From: Mobula hypostoma
Taxonomy: Eukaryota
Length of the DNA stretch: 64,000 nt
NCBI RefSeq assembly: GCF_963921235.1
Contig: NC_086108.1
Location: 24,800,001-24,864,000, forward strand
Reading direction: 5' to 3'
Part shown: positions 37,020 through 50,048 of the stretch, in pieces
Layout: the number at the start of each line of letters is the position of its first letter
Numbering within the stretch: the first letter of the stretch is position 1
The notes under the pieces: model-generated
Seen by the model: only the letters and a program-made list of their open reading frames with translations
What the model was told of the DNA's origin: nothing
Databases searched by the model: none
Position numbers and translations under genes: made by a program

Positions 37020-37826
37020 CTTGAATCCACCACACCCTGAGAACTGCTTCCAATACGTCTCCAGAGCAAAACCACTGCCAGAGAAGTGACCGCAAGATGT
37101 GTCACCACACCTTGTGATCTGACACACAAGTATGAATAGTGAACGTAACCTAACCCATAGAAACCAATTACGTGACTCATAAACTCAGTACATGCAGACA
37201 CCCAAATTGGGAGTGTGACCACTTACTCTAAGCACACCCTGAGATCTGATCCAGGTATGTGACCACAGACCCTAACACTCACTGAGACTTGACCATATTC
37301 TTTGGTGCTATTATGTGATTATATTATGAGATCTCAACTCAGTGTGTCACAACCTACCCCTCCATACCCTGAAATCCTGACCACAGGCTGTGTGTCTAAC
37401 CCAACCAAACTCTGCAATCAGATCCCATATGCATGATTCCTCAATACACCACACCCTGAAGTGTGAATTCAAGGTTTCATCCTTTGATACAAACATCATC
37501 TGACCACAGTGTGTGAAGGTCTGCAATAACACATCCTTAGAAAAGACCCCAGACCCCACCATACCCTGAGAGCTGACCCACTGTTGACCCTGGTCAACAA
37601 TTGTATCTGACTCAGGGTGTCTGACCCCAGACCCCACAACACCCTAAGAGCTGATCCCGAGTGTAAACACGGACCCTATCACAATCTGAGACCTGACACT
37701 AATGAAAAACCCCTGATCTAACAATACCTTATCATCAGACCAAAGAGTTTCACTTTTGGCACTGTCAGCTCCTAAAATGTAACCCAGCTCACCACATCCT
37801 GAGACCCGACTCCAGCATGTGACCAT
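37020..37826. repeat. Degenerate minisatellite (ACCACACCCTGAGATCTGACCCCAGTGTG-like units)
   Basis: Many imperfect copies of (c)accctgaga(t/g)ctgacc and gtgtgacc across about 800 bp. Confidence 0.7.
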
Positions 37827-39430
37827 AAGACAGAAACCAATTCATCATGGCTGGTTTAGTATCCTTCTCAACCCTATTCTTGTGTTCATATTCCAATCCT
37901 TTCAAAATGAATGTTAACATTATATTTGCCTTCACTATCACTCACTCAATCTGTAAATTAACCTTTAAGAAATTTGTCTTCCAAGTCTTTTTGCATCCCT
38001 GATTTCTGAATTTCCTCCCCATTTAGCAAGTAGTCTACACCTTTATTCCTTCAACCAAAATAGACCTACGCCTTTATTCCCTCCACTATATTCCATCTGT
38101 CACTTCTTTGCCTATTCTCCTAATCTGTCTGTCCTTCTGCAGACTCCCTGCTTCCTTAACATTATCTGCCCCTCAACCTACCTTTGTATAATTTGCAGAC
38201 TTGACCACCACATTCATTCAAATCATTGACCTATAATATGAAAATCAGGCCCAACACTAATCCCTCTGGAACATTAGTAGTCACTGGTAGCCAGCCAGAA
38301 AAGACCCTTTTATTCCCACTTTTTGCCTCCTGCCAGACAACCATGCTATTAGCTTTCCCGTAATACCATGGGTTCTTATCTTGTTTAGCAGTCTCATGTG
38401 TAGAACTTTGTCAAAGGCCTTCTGAGAATCCACTAAACAATATCCACTAACTATCCTGCATATTATTTCTTCAAAAAATTCCAACAAATTTGTCAGGCGA
38501 GATTTCCTCTTAAGGAAACCATACTGACTTTGGCATATTTTATCATGTGCTTCCAAGTACCCCAAAACATCATCCTTAATGATGGGATCAAACAACCAGC
38601 CTATAGTTTCATGTCTTTTGCTTCCATCCCTTCTTAAAGAGTGGAGTGACATATTTACAATTTTCCAGACCTCCAGAACCCCATTCCAAAATCTCTTCAG
38701 CTACCTCTTTCAGAACCCTCTGGTCCAGGTAACTTATCTATCTTCAGACCTTTCAACTTCCCAAGCACCTTCCACTTAGTAATAGCAACTACAGTCACTT
38801 CTGTTCGCTCACCTTCTTGAATTTCTTGCATACTGCTAGTATCTTCCACAGTAAAGACTAAAGCAAAATACTTCAGTTTGTCCGTTTTTCTTTGTCCCCC
38901 ATTACCACCTCTCCAGTGTATTTTTCCATCGGTCCAATATCCAATCTTGCCTCTTATTTTGAATTGAATTGACTTTATTTCTTACATCCTTCACATACAC
39001 GAGGAGTAAAAATCTTTACGTTACATCTCCATCTAAATGTGCAATGTGCAATCATAGTAATTTAACATAGAAATACACTCAATCAGTGTAAGTTAAAAGT
39101 CTGATGGCCTTGTGGAAGAAGTTGTCATGGAACCTGTGGTCCTGGCTTTTATGTTGCAGTACTGTTTCCCAGATGGTAGCAGCTAGAATAGATTGTGGTT
39201 GAGGTGACTTTATAATCAGAACAAACCTTAATATATCTTACCCTTGTAATTTCTTAACTCTATCCACAAGGATTCTACATCTTCCAATCCTATGTCAACT
39301 CTTTCTAAGGATTTGATTTCATTTTTTATCAACAGATCTATCCCACCTCCTCTGCCTATCTGCCTTTTCTTTCATTACAATGTGCATCCTTGGATGTTAT
39401 GCTCCCAGCTATGATGGTCTTTCAGCCCTG
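37827..39430 (-). mobile_element. Degenerate CR1 LINE with internal deletions, interrupted at about 38960-39210 by a Rex1-type 3' fragment
   Basis: ORF 38281-38652 (LTNLLEFFEE...SQKAFDKV). Endonuclease-region sequence resumes at 39220-39430. Confidence 0.75.
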
Positions 39431-40310
39431 ATTCAAGTTTAGTTTCTGGTCATTTTGATTTCACTTCAGTTATTGCTGAAATTAAGTTAGTTTTAGTAAT
39501 ATATTTAAATATCCTCCTCACTGTACTTGTCACTTATTCTATTTATGCTACCCTGTAACATTTTTGTTGCCTCTCATTATTTTTGCTAATCTTCAAATAT
39601 TTGGTATATTAAAGCTTTTATTGCAATTCTACACTTGCCATCTATTTAATCCTGTTTTGTAGTCACACGTCTCAGGTTTGCTCGCACTTCTGCCTTTTAT
39701 GTTGGGAAACTAAAGCAATTTTGCACGACCTTGTCCTTTAAACTCCAAAATAACCCAAAAAAATCTGTGTTGGCTGATATTCTGCAAGGATAAAATGAAG
39801 CAAGTTATTCACTGAGGGTATCTTTTGCAGCGATAGTGACTATTAAAGTAAAATGTTCAGACATCAAAAGGTGAAGGAGGTGTTCTTGCCTATTATAGCA
39901 CAAAATGGTTTAAAATCACTCCAGGGTTTTTGCTTTGAATACATTATCAGGAAATTTATTCTACACATGAAAGCTTGTTGATCTTCATACCAGAAAGTGT
40001 ACTTTCACTGCTTAAAAGCTTTTCTTAAGTATTTCTAATCCCATGAAATGGAGAGAGAGCAGGAAGTTTTTTACATCTTTTAGGAGAGGTAGGCTTATGT
40101 AAAGAAACTTGCATTTTCTTTGAGTGATACTGCAAATACTCATTTGTTATCTGTAAAACTAAACAGCTTGACGAAACACATCAAGGCTCAATGGTTTCAC
40201 AAATACAGTGGATTCTGGTTAATTGGGATCTACCAGGACCAGCACATTGTGGCCCAAATAAGCAGCTGCCCCAATTAGCCAAAGTTTTATGAAATAGTTA
40301 AAAAGGTATA

Positions 40311-43300
40311 GAGTCATGGAGATGTACAGCACAAAAACAGGCTCTTTGGCCCATCCAGTCCAAGCCAAAACTGCCTATTGCCATCAACCTGCCCTGGGAA
40401 CATAGCCCTCCATACCCCTATCATTCATGTACCTATATAGACTTCTCTTAAATGTTGAAATCAAGCTCACATGCACCAATTGTGCTGGCAACTCATTCAA
40501 CACTCTCATGATGACCCTTGAGTGAAGAAGTTTCCTCTCATGTTCCCCTAGGACTTCTTACCTTTCACCCTTAACCCATAACCTCTGTAGTCCCAACAAA
40601 TCTCATTGGAAAAGCCTGCTTGCATTTACCCTATTTATACCCCTCATAATTTTGTATACCTCTATCAAGTCTCCTCTCAATCAGCTATGTTCTAAGGAAT
40701 ACAGTCCCATCCTGTTCAATTTTTCTTTGTAACTCAGGTCCTCCAGACCTGACAACATCCTTGTAAATTTTCTCTGTACTCTTTCAAACTTGTTTACGTC
40801 TTTCCTGTAGGTAGGTGACCAAGTCTACATATAATACTCCAAATAAGGCCGCACCAACTTCTTATACAACTTCAACATAACATCCCATCTCCTGCACTCA
40901 GTACTTTGATTTACGAAGGCCAATGTACCAAAAGCTTTCTTTACAACCATATATACCTGTGACACCACCTTCAAGGAATTATGGACCTGTATTCCAAGGT
41001 CCCTTTTTTCCACCTCTCTCCTCAGTGCCCTACCATTCACTGTGTAAGACCTATCCTGGTTGGTCCTACCGAACTGCAAAATCTCACACTTGTCTGCATT
41101 AAATTCCACCTGCCATTTTTAGACCATTTTTCCAGCTGATGAAGATCCCTCTGCAAGCCAAGACAGCCTTCCTCACTGTCCACTATACCCCCCAATCTTG
41201 GTGTCATCCACAAACTCGCTGATCCAGTTAACCTATTATCATCAGGATTATTGATATAGATGACAAACAACAAAGGACCCAGCATCAATCATTGTGGCAC
41301 AAGTCATAGGCCTCTAGTCAGAGATGCAACCCTGTATTACTACTCTCTGGCTTCTCCGGCAAAGCCAATGTCTAATCCAATTTACAGCCCCTTCCTGAAT
41401 GCCGAGTAACTAAAGCTTCTTGACCAGCTTATCATGTGAGACCTTGTCAAATGCCTTCCTAAAGTCCATGTAGACAACGTCCACTGCCTTGGCTTCATCC
41501 ACTTTTCTGGTAACTTACTCAAGAACGTCTATAAGATTGGTTAAGCATGACTTACCATGTATGAAGCCATGCTGACTATCCTTAATCAGTCCATGTCTAT
41601 CCAAATACTTATATATCCACTCCCTAAGAGTTTCAATAACTTTCCCACGACTGATGTCAGACCCACAGGCCTATAATTTCCTGATTATATTTAGAGCCTT
41701 TTTTAAATATCCGAGTGACATTGGTTATCCTCCAATCCTCTGGTAACTCCCCTGTCACTAAGGATGGTTTAAATATCTCTGCATGGTTACTGCATTTTCT
41801 GCACTTACAGGTTCGAGGGAACAACTTGTCAAGCCCTGGAGATGTATCCACCTTCATTTGCCTCAACTGCAAACACTTTCTTCTCTGTAATCTGTACAGA
41901 GTCCATGAAGTTGATGCCGCTTAGCCTCACTTCTATCAGTCTCCTGAGTAAATTCAGATGTAAAAAATCCATTTAAGATTTCCTCCATCTGTTTTGGCTC
42001 CACACATGGATTACCAGAGGACCAATTCTGTCCCTTGCAACCCTTTCGCTCTTAACATATCTGTAGAATCCCTTAGGAGTGAATACCTTGTCTACTAGAG
42101 CAACTTCATGCCATTTTAACCTTCCTGATTTATTTCTTGTGTTCTCTTGCATTTCTTATACTCCATAGCACTTCATTTGTTTCTGCTAACCTGTACCTAC
42201 TTTGCACTTCCCTCCTTTTCTCTTAACAGGGTCTCAATATCTCCTGAAAACCAAGGTTCCTTACACTTATTATCTTTACCTTTTATTCTGACAGGCATAT
42301 AGAACTTTGTACAGTTAAAATTTCATTTTTGAAGGCCTCCCACATACTAAGTACACCGTTGCCAGAAAACACCTGACCCAATCCACATTTGCCAGATCAT
42401 TTCTGATACCACCACAAAGGCCTTTTGTCCGATTCAGAATCTCATCCTGCAGATCAACACTATCTTTTTTGCATATTTAATTTTAAATTAATGACATTGT
42501 GGTCACCAGATGCAAAATGTTTCTTACACAATCTTCTGTCATTTGTCCTGACTCATTTCCCAATAGCAGATCTAGTATCACATGCTCTCTCAGTGGGACT
42601 TCAGCATACGGATGAAGGAAACTTTACTTAGCACACTTGACAAACTCTATCACATCTAGTATAGGATTCCCAGTCAATATGTGGGAAGTTAAAATCACCT
42701 ACTATAACATCTTTATGATTCCTACAACAATATGCGATCCCTTTACAAATTTGTTCCTCTAAATTGCTAGGATTTTTGGGTGATCTGTAATATAAGACCA
42801 TAAGACAAGACAAAGGGGCAGAAGTTGGCCATTTGGCCCATCGAGTCTGCTCCGCCATTTTATCACGAGCTGATCCATTCTCCCATTTAGTCCCACTCCC
42901 CCGCCTTCTCACCATAACCTTTGATGCCCTGGCTACTCAGATACCTATCAATCTCTGCCTTAAATACACCCAATGACTTGGTCTCCACTGCTGCCCATGG
43001 CAACAAATTCCATAGATTCACCACCCTCTGGCTAAAAAAATTTCTTCACATCTCTGTTCTGAATGGGCGCCCTTCAATCTTTAAGTCATACCCTCTCGTA
43101 CTAGACTCCCCCATCATGGGAAACAACTTTGCCTCATCCACTCTGTCCATGCCTTTCAACATTCAAAATGTTTCTATGAGGTTCCCCCCTCATTCTTCTA
43201 AATTCCAAGGAATACAGTCCAAGAGCGGACAAACGTTCCTCATATGTTAACCCTCTCATTCCTGGAATCATTCTAGTGAATCTTCTCTGTACCCTTTCCA

Positions 43301-45138
43301 ACGTCAGCACATCCTTTCTTAAATAGGGAGCTCAAAATTGCCCACAGTACTCCAAGTAAGGTCTGACCAGTGCCTTATAGAGCCTTAACATCACATCCCT
43401 GCTCCTATACTCTTATCCTCTAGAAATGAATGCCAACATTGCATTCGCCTTCTTCACCACCGACACAACCTGGAGGTTAACCTTAAGGGTATCCTGCATG
43501 AGGACTCCCAAGTCCCGTTGCAGCTCAGAACTTTGAATTCTCTCCCCATTTAAATAATAGTTTATTTCTTCTGCCAAAGTGCATAACCATACACTTTCCA
43601 ACATTGTATTTGATTTGCCACTTCTTTGCCCATTCTTCCAATCTATCCAAGTCTCTCTGCAGACTCTCTGTTCCCTCAGCACTACCAGCCCCTCCACCTA
43701 TCTTCGTATCGTCAGCAAACTTTGCCACAAAGCCATCTATTCCATAATCCAAATCGTTGATGTACAACGTAAAAAGCAGCGGCCCCAATACGGACCCCTG
43801 TGGAACACCACTGGTAAACGGCAGCCAAACAGAATAGGATCCCTTTATTCCCACACTCTGTTTCCTGCCAATCAGCCAATGCTCTATCCACATATGTAAC
43901 TTTCCTGTAATTCCACGGGCTCTTACTTTGTTAAGCAGCCTCATGTGTGGCACCTTGTCAAAGACCTTCTGAAAATCCAAATATACAACATCCACTGCTT
44001 CTCCCTTGTCTAGCCTACTTGTAATTTCCTCAAAAAATTGTAATAGGTTTGACAGGCAGGATTTTCCTTTAAGGAAACCATGCTGAGTTCTGCCTATCTT
44101 GTCATATGCCTCCAGGTACTCTGTAACCTCATCCTTGACAATCGACTTCAACAACTTCCCAACCACCGATGTCAAGCTAACAGGTCTATAATTTCTTTTT
44201 TGCTTCCTTGCCCCGTTCTTAAATAGCGGAGTGACATTTGCAATCTTCCAGCCCTCCGGAACCATGCCAGAATCTATTGACTTTTGAAAGATCATTGCTA
44301 ATGCTCCGCAATCTCCACAGCTACTTCCTTCAGAACACGAGGGTGCATTCCATCTGGTCCGGGAGATTTATCTACCCTTAGACTATTCAGCTTCCTGAGT
44401 ACTTTCTCTGTTGTAATTGTGACTGCGCACACCTCTCTTCCCTGCCACCCTAGAGTGTCAGGTATACTGCTGATGTCTTCCTCAGAGAAGACTGAAGCAA
44501 AATACTCATTCATTTCCTCCGCCATCTCCTTATCTCCCACTACAATTTCTCCAGCATCATTTTCTATCGGTCCTATATCTACTCTCACCTGTCTGTTACT
44601 CATTATATACTTGAAAAAGCTTTTAGTATCCTCTTTGATATTATTTGCTAGCTTCCTTTCATAGTTCACCTTTTCCCTCTTAATGACCTTCTTAGTTTCC
44701 TTTTTAAGCCTTTAAAAACCTCATTAATATGTTCATACCTTTCTTATTTCTCAGTTCCACCTCAAACACCTCACTAGTCGAGTTCTTCAGTCTGACCTGA
44801 CTAGTTAGACCACCCCTCCTCCTTTAATCCCTCTCTCTTTGTCACATGTAAAACAAAGAAACCCTAGAATACTGAGCTGCCAGTCCTGCCCCTCGTTCAA
44901 CCAAGTCTCACCAATGGCCGCATGTGCCATTCCAATGATACCTTTTGCATCAAAATATATGCAGCTCAGGTACTAATCGCACCATGCTCATCCTTTGTCT
45001 GAGGTCTTACCAACATCTGTCTCCACAACCTCTCCAGTAACTGTTCTGCCACTCTGGTTCCTGTCCCCCTGCAACTCCAGTTTAAATCCCTCCATCTAGC
45101 ATTAACAAACCGTCCCACTAGGATATTAGACCCACTCC
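40311..45138 (-). mobile_element. CR1 LINE (ORF1 end through 3'UTR), degenerate, interrupted by a younger CR1
   Basis: RT ORFs 40825-41288 and 41657-41872. The endonuclease YYRSP...IVGDFNFPHIDW stops at 42794 and its upstream part (AIGETWL..GQDWQL) resumes after 44717. ORF1 tail lies at about 45080-45138. Confidence 0.85.
42795..44716 (-). mobile_element. Younger CR1 LINE nested in the same orientation inside CR1
   Basis: ORFs 44298-44669 and 43525-44295 are in frame and separated by one stop. Full RT motifs YRPVSLTS, YLDFQK, GVPQGSVLGP, KFADD. Tail agaccataagacaagaca. Confidence 0.93.
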
Positions 45139-47289
45139 ATATAAAAAGACAAATTGAGTATAAAATTATGTATTTAAATGACATACAGAACAAATTAGAA
45201 CATTACCAATAGTACTAAAGTACTATAAAACTGTATTCGTTCTGACTAGTTGTGAACAGAGGAATTCATCTAGTTTACACAATGCCCAAAATCAGCACAG
45301 AAACCTAGTGCAGGTAATGGACTTCTATTGATGATTGCATCCTTCAAATCCTCATTTGTATTGTAATTGTAGCTACCTTCCAGTTCTTTATAATTACTAA
45401 CTTGAAATGGTTTCATTTTTACTCCCAGCCGTTTCTGGCAATTCTAAGCCGGAATGCATGAATCTGCAGTGAGCAAAGCAGTTTGAAATTGTGTTACTGC
45501 TTATTCCTCACCAACTATTAGTGCCAAAAATCACTGCTTTTTGAACACCAGCACCCACAACAAATGCTATTTAAAAATTGTTTGTTCTAAGCATGGTGTT
45601 GTGTCTGACAGCCACACAGGTGCACACAACCGGCGCTCGTTAGGACCTGTCAAGTAACAGTCTCCTGCTCCAGTTAGGCGACATAAAGTCCCAAATAAAT
45701 CAAAGAAATCTCAGCAATTTTCTCTACTTAGTGAAAAATAGAGCAGAAACTTAATGTCATTGTTCAAGACACCGAGACTGTGGATGCTTCTCCAGTCCAT
45801 GCAAAACAGATACTTACAATGCATCCAGCAGTGCTTAATTTTTCAAAAAATGCATACTTACATGCAATGAGTTACTTCATAGCCCATAACACTCAAAGGC
45901 CATTGGCAAGCCGGGGTATAACATTATTCAACTGCACATCAGCCCTCGGGAAAAAGCTGTTTTTTCAGTCTTACTGTCTTAGCTAACACATTTCTGTATC
46001 TCCTATCAGATGGCAGGAGATTGAAAAGACAGTGACCGGGATGGGATGGGTCTTTAATAATGTTACGAGCTTGCCATACGCATTGAGCTGTATAAAGTCT
46101 CCAGGTCCAGCAGTTAAGTCTCAATGATGTGCTGAGCTATTTTGATTCTTGTTCTTTACAAGTTGTCTCAAATAAGTGGCTGCCCCGATTAACCAATGGC
46201 CCAGTTAACCAGAATTGCATTTGTTGACAGAGAGTGGGAACACAAATCCAAGAGGTATGTGTCAGAAACACGTCATTCAGTTCAGCTCATGTGGAGTTCC
46301 AACTGTCATATTCATCTTGCCCATGCGATATTTCAAAATGAGACATTCAGGTATAAATTGCAAGAGCAGCACAAAACCACTCTGCGAAATTTCTCTAGAC
46401 CTGAAGAAAATATTCAAGTATCAAGGAACAACTTTTCCAACAGATATTTCAAGGTAAAAATTCAGAGATTCAATATGATGGTGACAAAGACAGTGCTCTA
46501 CATCATTTTCTTCAACCAAGCAAAGCACGGTAAAGCTCCGATAACCCACGATACTTGGAAATCTGGAGTGTTCTCAATTTGTTTTGCCAGGTAACTTTTG
46601 AAACTTGCTGGTTTCTAGGCCTCTTTTAAAATGACAGGAGGCTGGCTTTATCATTCTCCTGAAGCACATCGGGGGCCTAGATCCTGCATTCCCTTGAAAC
46701 TATCAGTACCTCAGTCTTTACACTCCCTTTAAAGTTGGAACCCTGGAGTCTGCGCTTCCTCCACTTAAAACGACTACTATACTATACTACTTTTAATGAA
46801 ATATCTTTAAAAAATTAAAAATGTTTGGGATGCACTATTCAATGATGTGGAAAATATGCTTGCATGACACACTAAATTCTCAAGAATGCAGTATTAATGG
46901 AATTCAGAGCCCAGGGGTACTATATCTTTAAGATCCAAGCAGTTTTGGGGTTTTAATGATAATGTCAAGTTATGGGGGATTATGATCACACAAAGTATGA
47001 ACAGAGCACAGGACAAAAGAGTGTCCGTAAATTGAGCTTCTTAAACTGCATAAAAGTTTCAATATTAGCAAAAGGAATAAGCCATTCAGCTCTGTAACTT
47101 TACTCCTAAAGTAAGTAATATCCTGGCTGTTTAACTGCATGCACATTGGATTTTTAACTTACTCAGCAGGCCAGATCATATTGAGAGAGAGAAAAAGTGA
47201 GCCAAAATAATGTCAGGCAGAAATAGTTGTGATACAGACAGGTCGAAAGAACAAGTTATTTTAAGTTGGAGATTTAATATTGAATCTAG

Positions 47290-48222
47290 AACTTCTGGTT
47301 TAAGATGACACTAGTGAACCTCTGTGACTGCTTGCCAGTGGCAAATAAAACAGAGAAAACAACTAAATACTTCATTAATTACACTTTTTCAGATAAATGA
47401 TCACTATAGACTGTAACTTCCCTGGTGGAGTTGAGCTTTAGAACTGCCTGTATGGCCTAACATTTTTTGCAGTGGGAACTCAAGTCTGGAAGGTGCAGGA
47501 GGGCTGCAGAGTTGTGTATGGAGGCTGAATTATGGCAGCAGGATCCGGGCCATAGCGTGGGGAATGAGCCAGTGTTTAACCATTCCTGGAATAAACTTGA
47601 AGGCAATTCGATTCAGTAGAACCGAGTTTAGGCGAGTGGAGGCGACAGAGAGTCGAAGTGGTGAGAGTCGTGCCTGAGAGCGAGGAAAGACCCGAGGTTT
47701 GATCAATTTAAGGACCAAGCTGAATTGGAGAAGTTGGGTCCAGGCAGAATTGAGGTGGCAAGGCACCAGCCCAAGGGTGTATTGAAGCGGCAGGGTCCAG
47801 CAAGGTCAGGACAATTTAAGCACTGGGCCAAGTTGGGAAGAACAGGGTGCCGGGGCCAGAGGCAAGGCACTGGTCAGTTCAATTACCTGCTCCACGAGGT
47901 TTATTCATCTCCACACTGAACTTCACTCATTATTCCGCAAGGTTTACTCATTCCTGCACCGAACTGTGGCTGTGATCTGCGACTATCACAGTGTGAACTC
48001 ACTTTTGTGAACTCCAGTTCCAAATGCTATTTGCTTACTTTTACTGCTTGCACATTTTCTTTTCTTTTCTTTTCTTCTTTTTCTCTACATATTGGGTGTT
48101 TGACAGCCTTTTCTTTTAATGGGTTCTATTGGTTTTCTTTGTTTTGTAGCTGTCTGTAAGAAGACGAATCTAAAGGTTGTATAAAGAATACGTACTTTGA
48201 TAATAAATGTACTTTCACTTTG
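47290..48222 (+). mobile_element. Putative non-autonomous retroposon with a Rex1-type 3' tail
   Basis: GC-richer non-coding body ending in gtaagaagacgaatctaaaggttgtata...actttgataataaatgtactttcactttga, the same tail type as the reverse strand of 33940-34010. Confidence 0.5.
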
Positions 48223-48369
48223 AAAACAGCAAAGTGCCTAGATGTCAGATGAAGTATTATTAATGAAGCCTACATTGGATCTCATTATAATAGTGCAGGA
48301 GGTCACAAAGAGGAAGTCAGATTGGAAATGGCTTTAATTCTTACTTGTTGGGTACATACTACAGTCTTC

Positions 48370-49980
48370 CAGAGCGGATCTATGGTTGATGCCCCTTCTG
48401 GCCTCCATTCAACTCTGGAGCATCTCGATAGCAAGCACACTAATGTCAGACTATTGTTTACTGACTACAGTTTCGCCTTCAGTTCTATAATTCCAAGTAA
48501 ACTCATCTCCAAACTCAAGCTCAATTTTAATTATCATTCAACTACCATGAATACCAATGAAAAAGTGTCCTCTTGGACCAAGATGTAAAACACTGTGCCA
48601 ACAGGTATACAGAGCACAAGGCAAGTATAGCACAGTGTGAACAGTCACACAACTTTTAAATAGTCACACAAAAAATATAGCCCAAGTCCCTGAGTACCAT
48701 GTTCTGCAGTATGATGCTGCATGGATGATTGTCAGCAAGAGCAAGCCCTTAGCATTCCACAGCCAAATGCACACACCAATCCACATTGTCTTCCACCAAG
48801 CAAACACTGAAGAGCAGCTTCAATGGGCTTGGCCTGTCCCCAATCCAGCATGGACTGGCCTCTGCGGCATGAGCCTAGTCTGTGCTACAACTGAAGCCAC
48901 ACAGCTCCTTCGCCATTGGTCTCATCAATAAACCAGTGAACCAGGTTCTCACTGCTTCCCTATGATATGCCACAACACCACTGCCATGATTATCCTCAAC
49001 ATTGGCACCCCACAAGTCTGCATCCTCAGTCCCCTACTCTACTCCCTGTACACTTGTGACTGTACCCAGATTTTGATCTAACTCCATCTTGCAGATGATA
49101 CCCTACCACTGTGAATGAGTTGAAGTCAAGGAAGGAGAGAGCCTAGTGATATGGTGTTGTGGCACCATGACAGCAAAACAAAAGAGCTACTCATTGACTT
49201 CAGGAAGGGGAGTGATGTACATGATCTTGTGCATGAAGCATATGCATCACTCATCTCACCTTCCCTCCTACTAAGACCAATGGTGCTGAAGTCAAGATAG
49301 TTCAAATTTTTAAGTTTAAGCTCCTAGGATGGAAGATCCCAGCTCCAACCACATTGATGCCACAGCTCATTAGTGCCTCCACTTCCTCAGGAGACTAAGG
49401 AAATTTGACATGCCCCATCCATCCTTACCATTTTTTTTGATGCACCACAGAAAGCACCCTATCTGAATATATTTCTGCTTAATGTGACAACTGTTCTGTT
49501 CCACTGCAGTAAGAAACTGCACTGACTTGTGATTACAGCACAGCACATCATCAAAACCGGCCTGCCTTCTATTCTCTATAGACACTGTCTACAATTCTTA
49601 CTGCCTCCTTAGAGCAGCCAGCATAATCAAATACCCCATCCAACCTGGACATTCTCTCCTCTAATCACCCACCCTCCTATTGAGCAGAAGATTCAAGTGC
49701 CTAAAAGCATGTATCACCAGGTTCCATTCTTATAAGACTATTGAATGCTTCCCCAAGTATGATGAGAAGGACTCTTGAGCTGATAATTGACCTCACTGTT
49801 ACCTTACATTTTACTGTCTAACTGCACTGCATTTTCTCGGTACCATGACACTTTATTCTGTACTGTCATTGTTTTGATTTGTTCTACGTCAATGTACTGC
49901 TAGAAAGAATTAATCTTTAAGAACTGTATACACATTTTTCACTGTACCTTAGTACGTGTGATAATAAAACAATTTAACAT
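48370..49980 (+). mobile_element. Degenerate Rex1-like LINE RT and 3' region, interrupted at about 48520-48940
   Basis: LEHLDSKHTNVRLLFTDYSFAFSSIIPSKLISKL, then ggcaccccacaa...ctcagtcccctactctactccctgtacac (GxPQ..LSPLLYSLYT) and gcagatgat. Confidence 0.75.
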
Positions 49981-49981
49981 T

Positions 49982-50048
49982 TTGGATTCGAACTTGGGAG
50001 CCTCCGCTCCGAAGTCCGGCACTGATGCTACCATGCCACCAGCTGGCT
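49982..50048 (-). mobile_element. tRNA-derived SINE head fragment
   Basis: Reverse strand reads gctggtggcatggtagcatcagtgccggacttcggagcggaggctcccaagttcgaatcca, similar to the head at 30376. Confidence 0.7.

Larger units (their letters stand above)
40206..46221. mobile_element. Non-autonomous pogo/Tigger-like DNA transposon split by nested LINEs (pieces 40206-40310, 45139-45725, 46143-46221)
   Basis: Left end TA-CAGTGGATTCTGGTTAATTGGG. The right end cccagttaaccagaat matches its reverse complement at 15 of 16 positions. The subterminal motif caaataag..gctgcccc.att occurs near both ends. Confidence 0.65.

Noticed and set aside
37020..37826. Repeat array considered as CRISPR-like
   Set aside because: Units are degenerate with no constant repeat and unique spacer pattern, there are no cas genes, and the context is a vertebrate genome.
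42628..42915. ORF joining an unusual N-terminus to an endonuclease motif
   Set aside because: It crosses the junction between the inner CR1 3'UTR and the outer CR1 endonuclease.
46196..46594. 132-aa ORF in mostly unique sequence, with a possible 24-nt plus-strand exon at about 46231-46254
   Set aside because: Starts inside the DNA-transposon end, has no recognisable domain and no supporting neighbouring exons.
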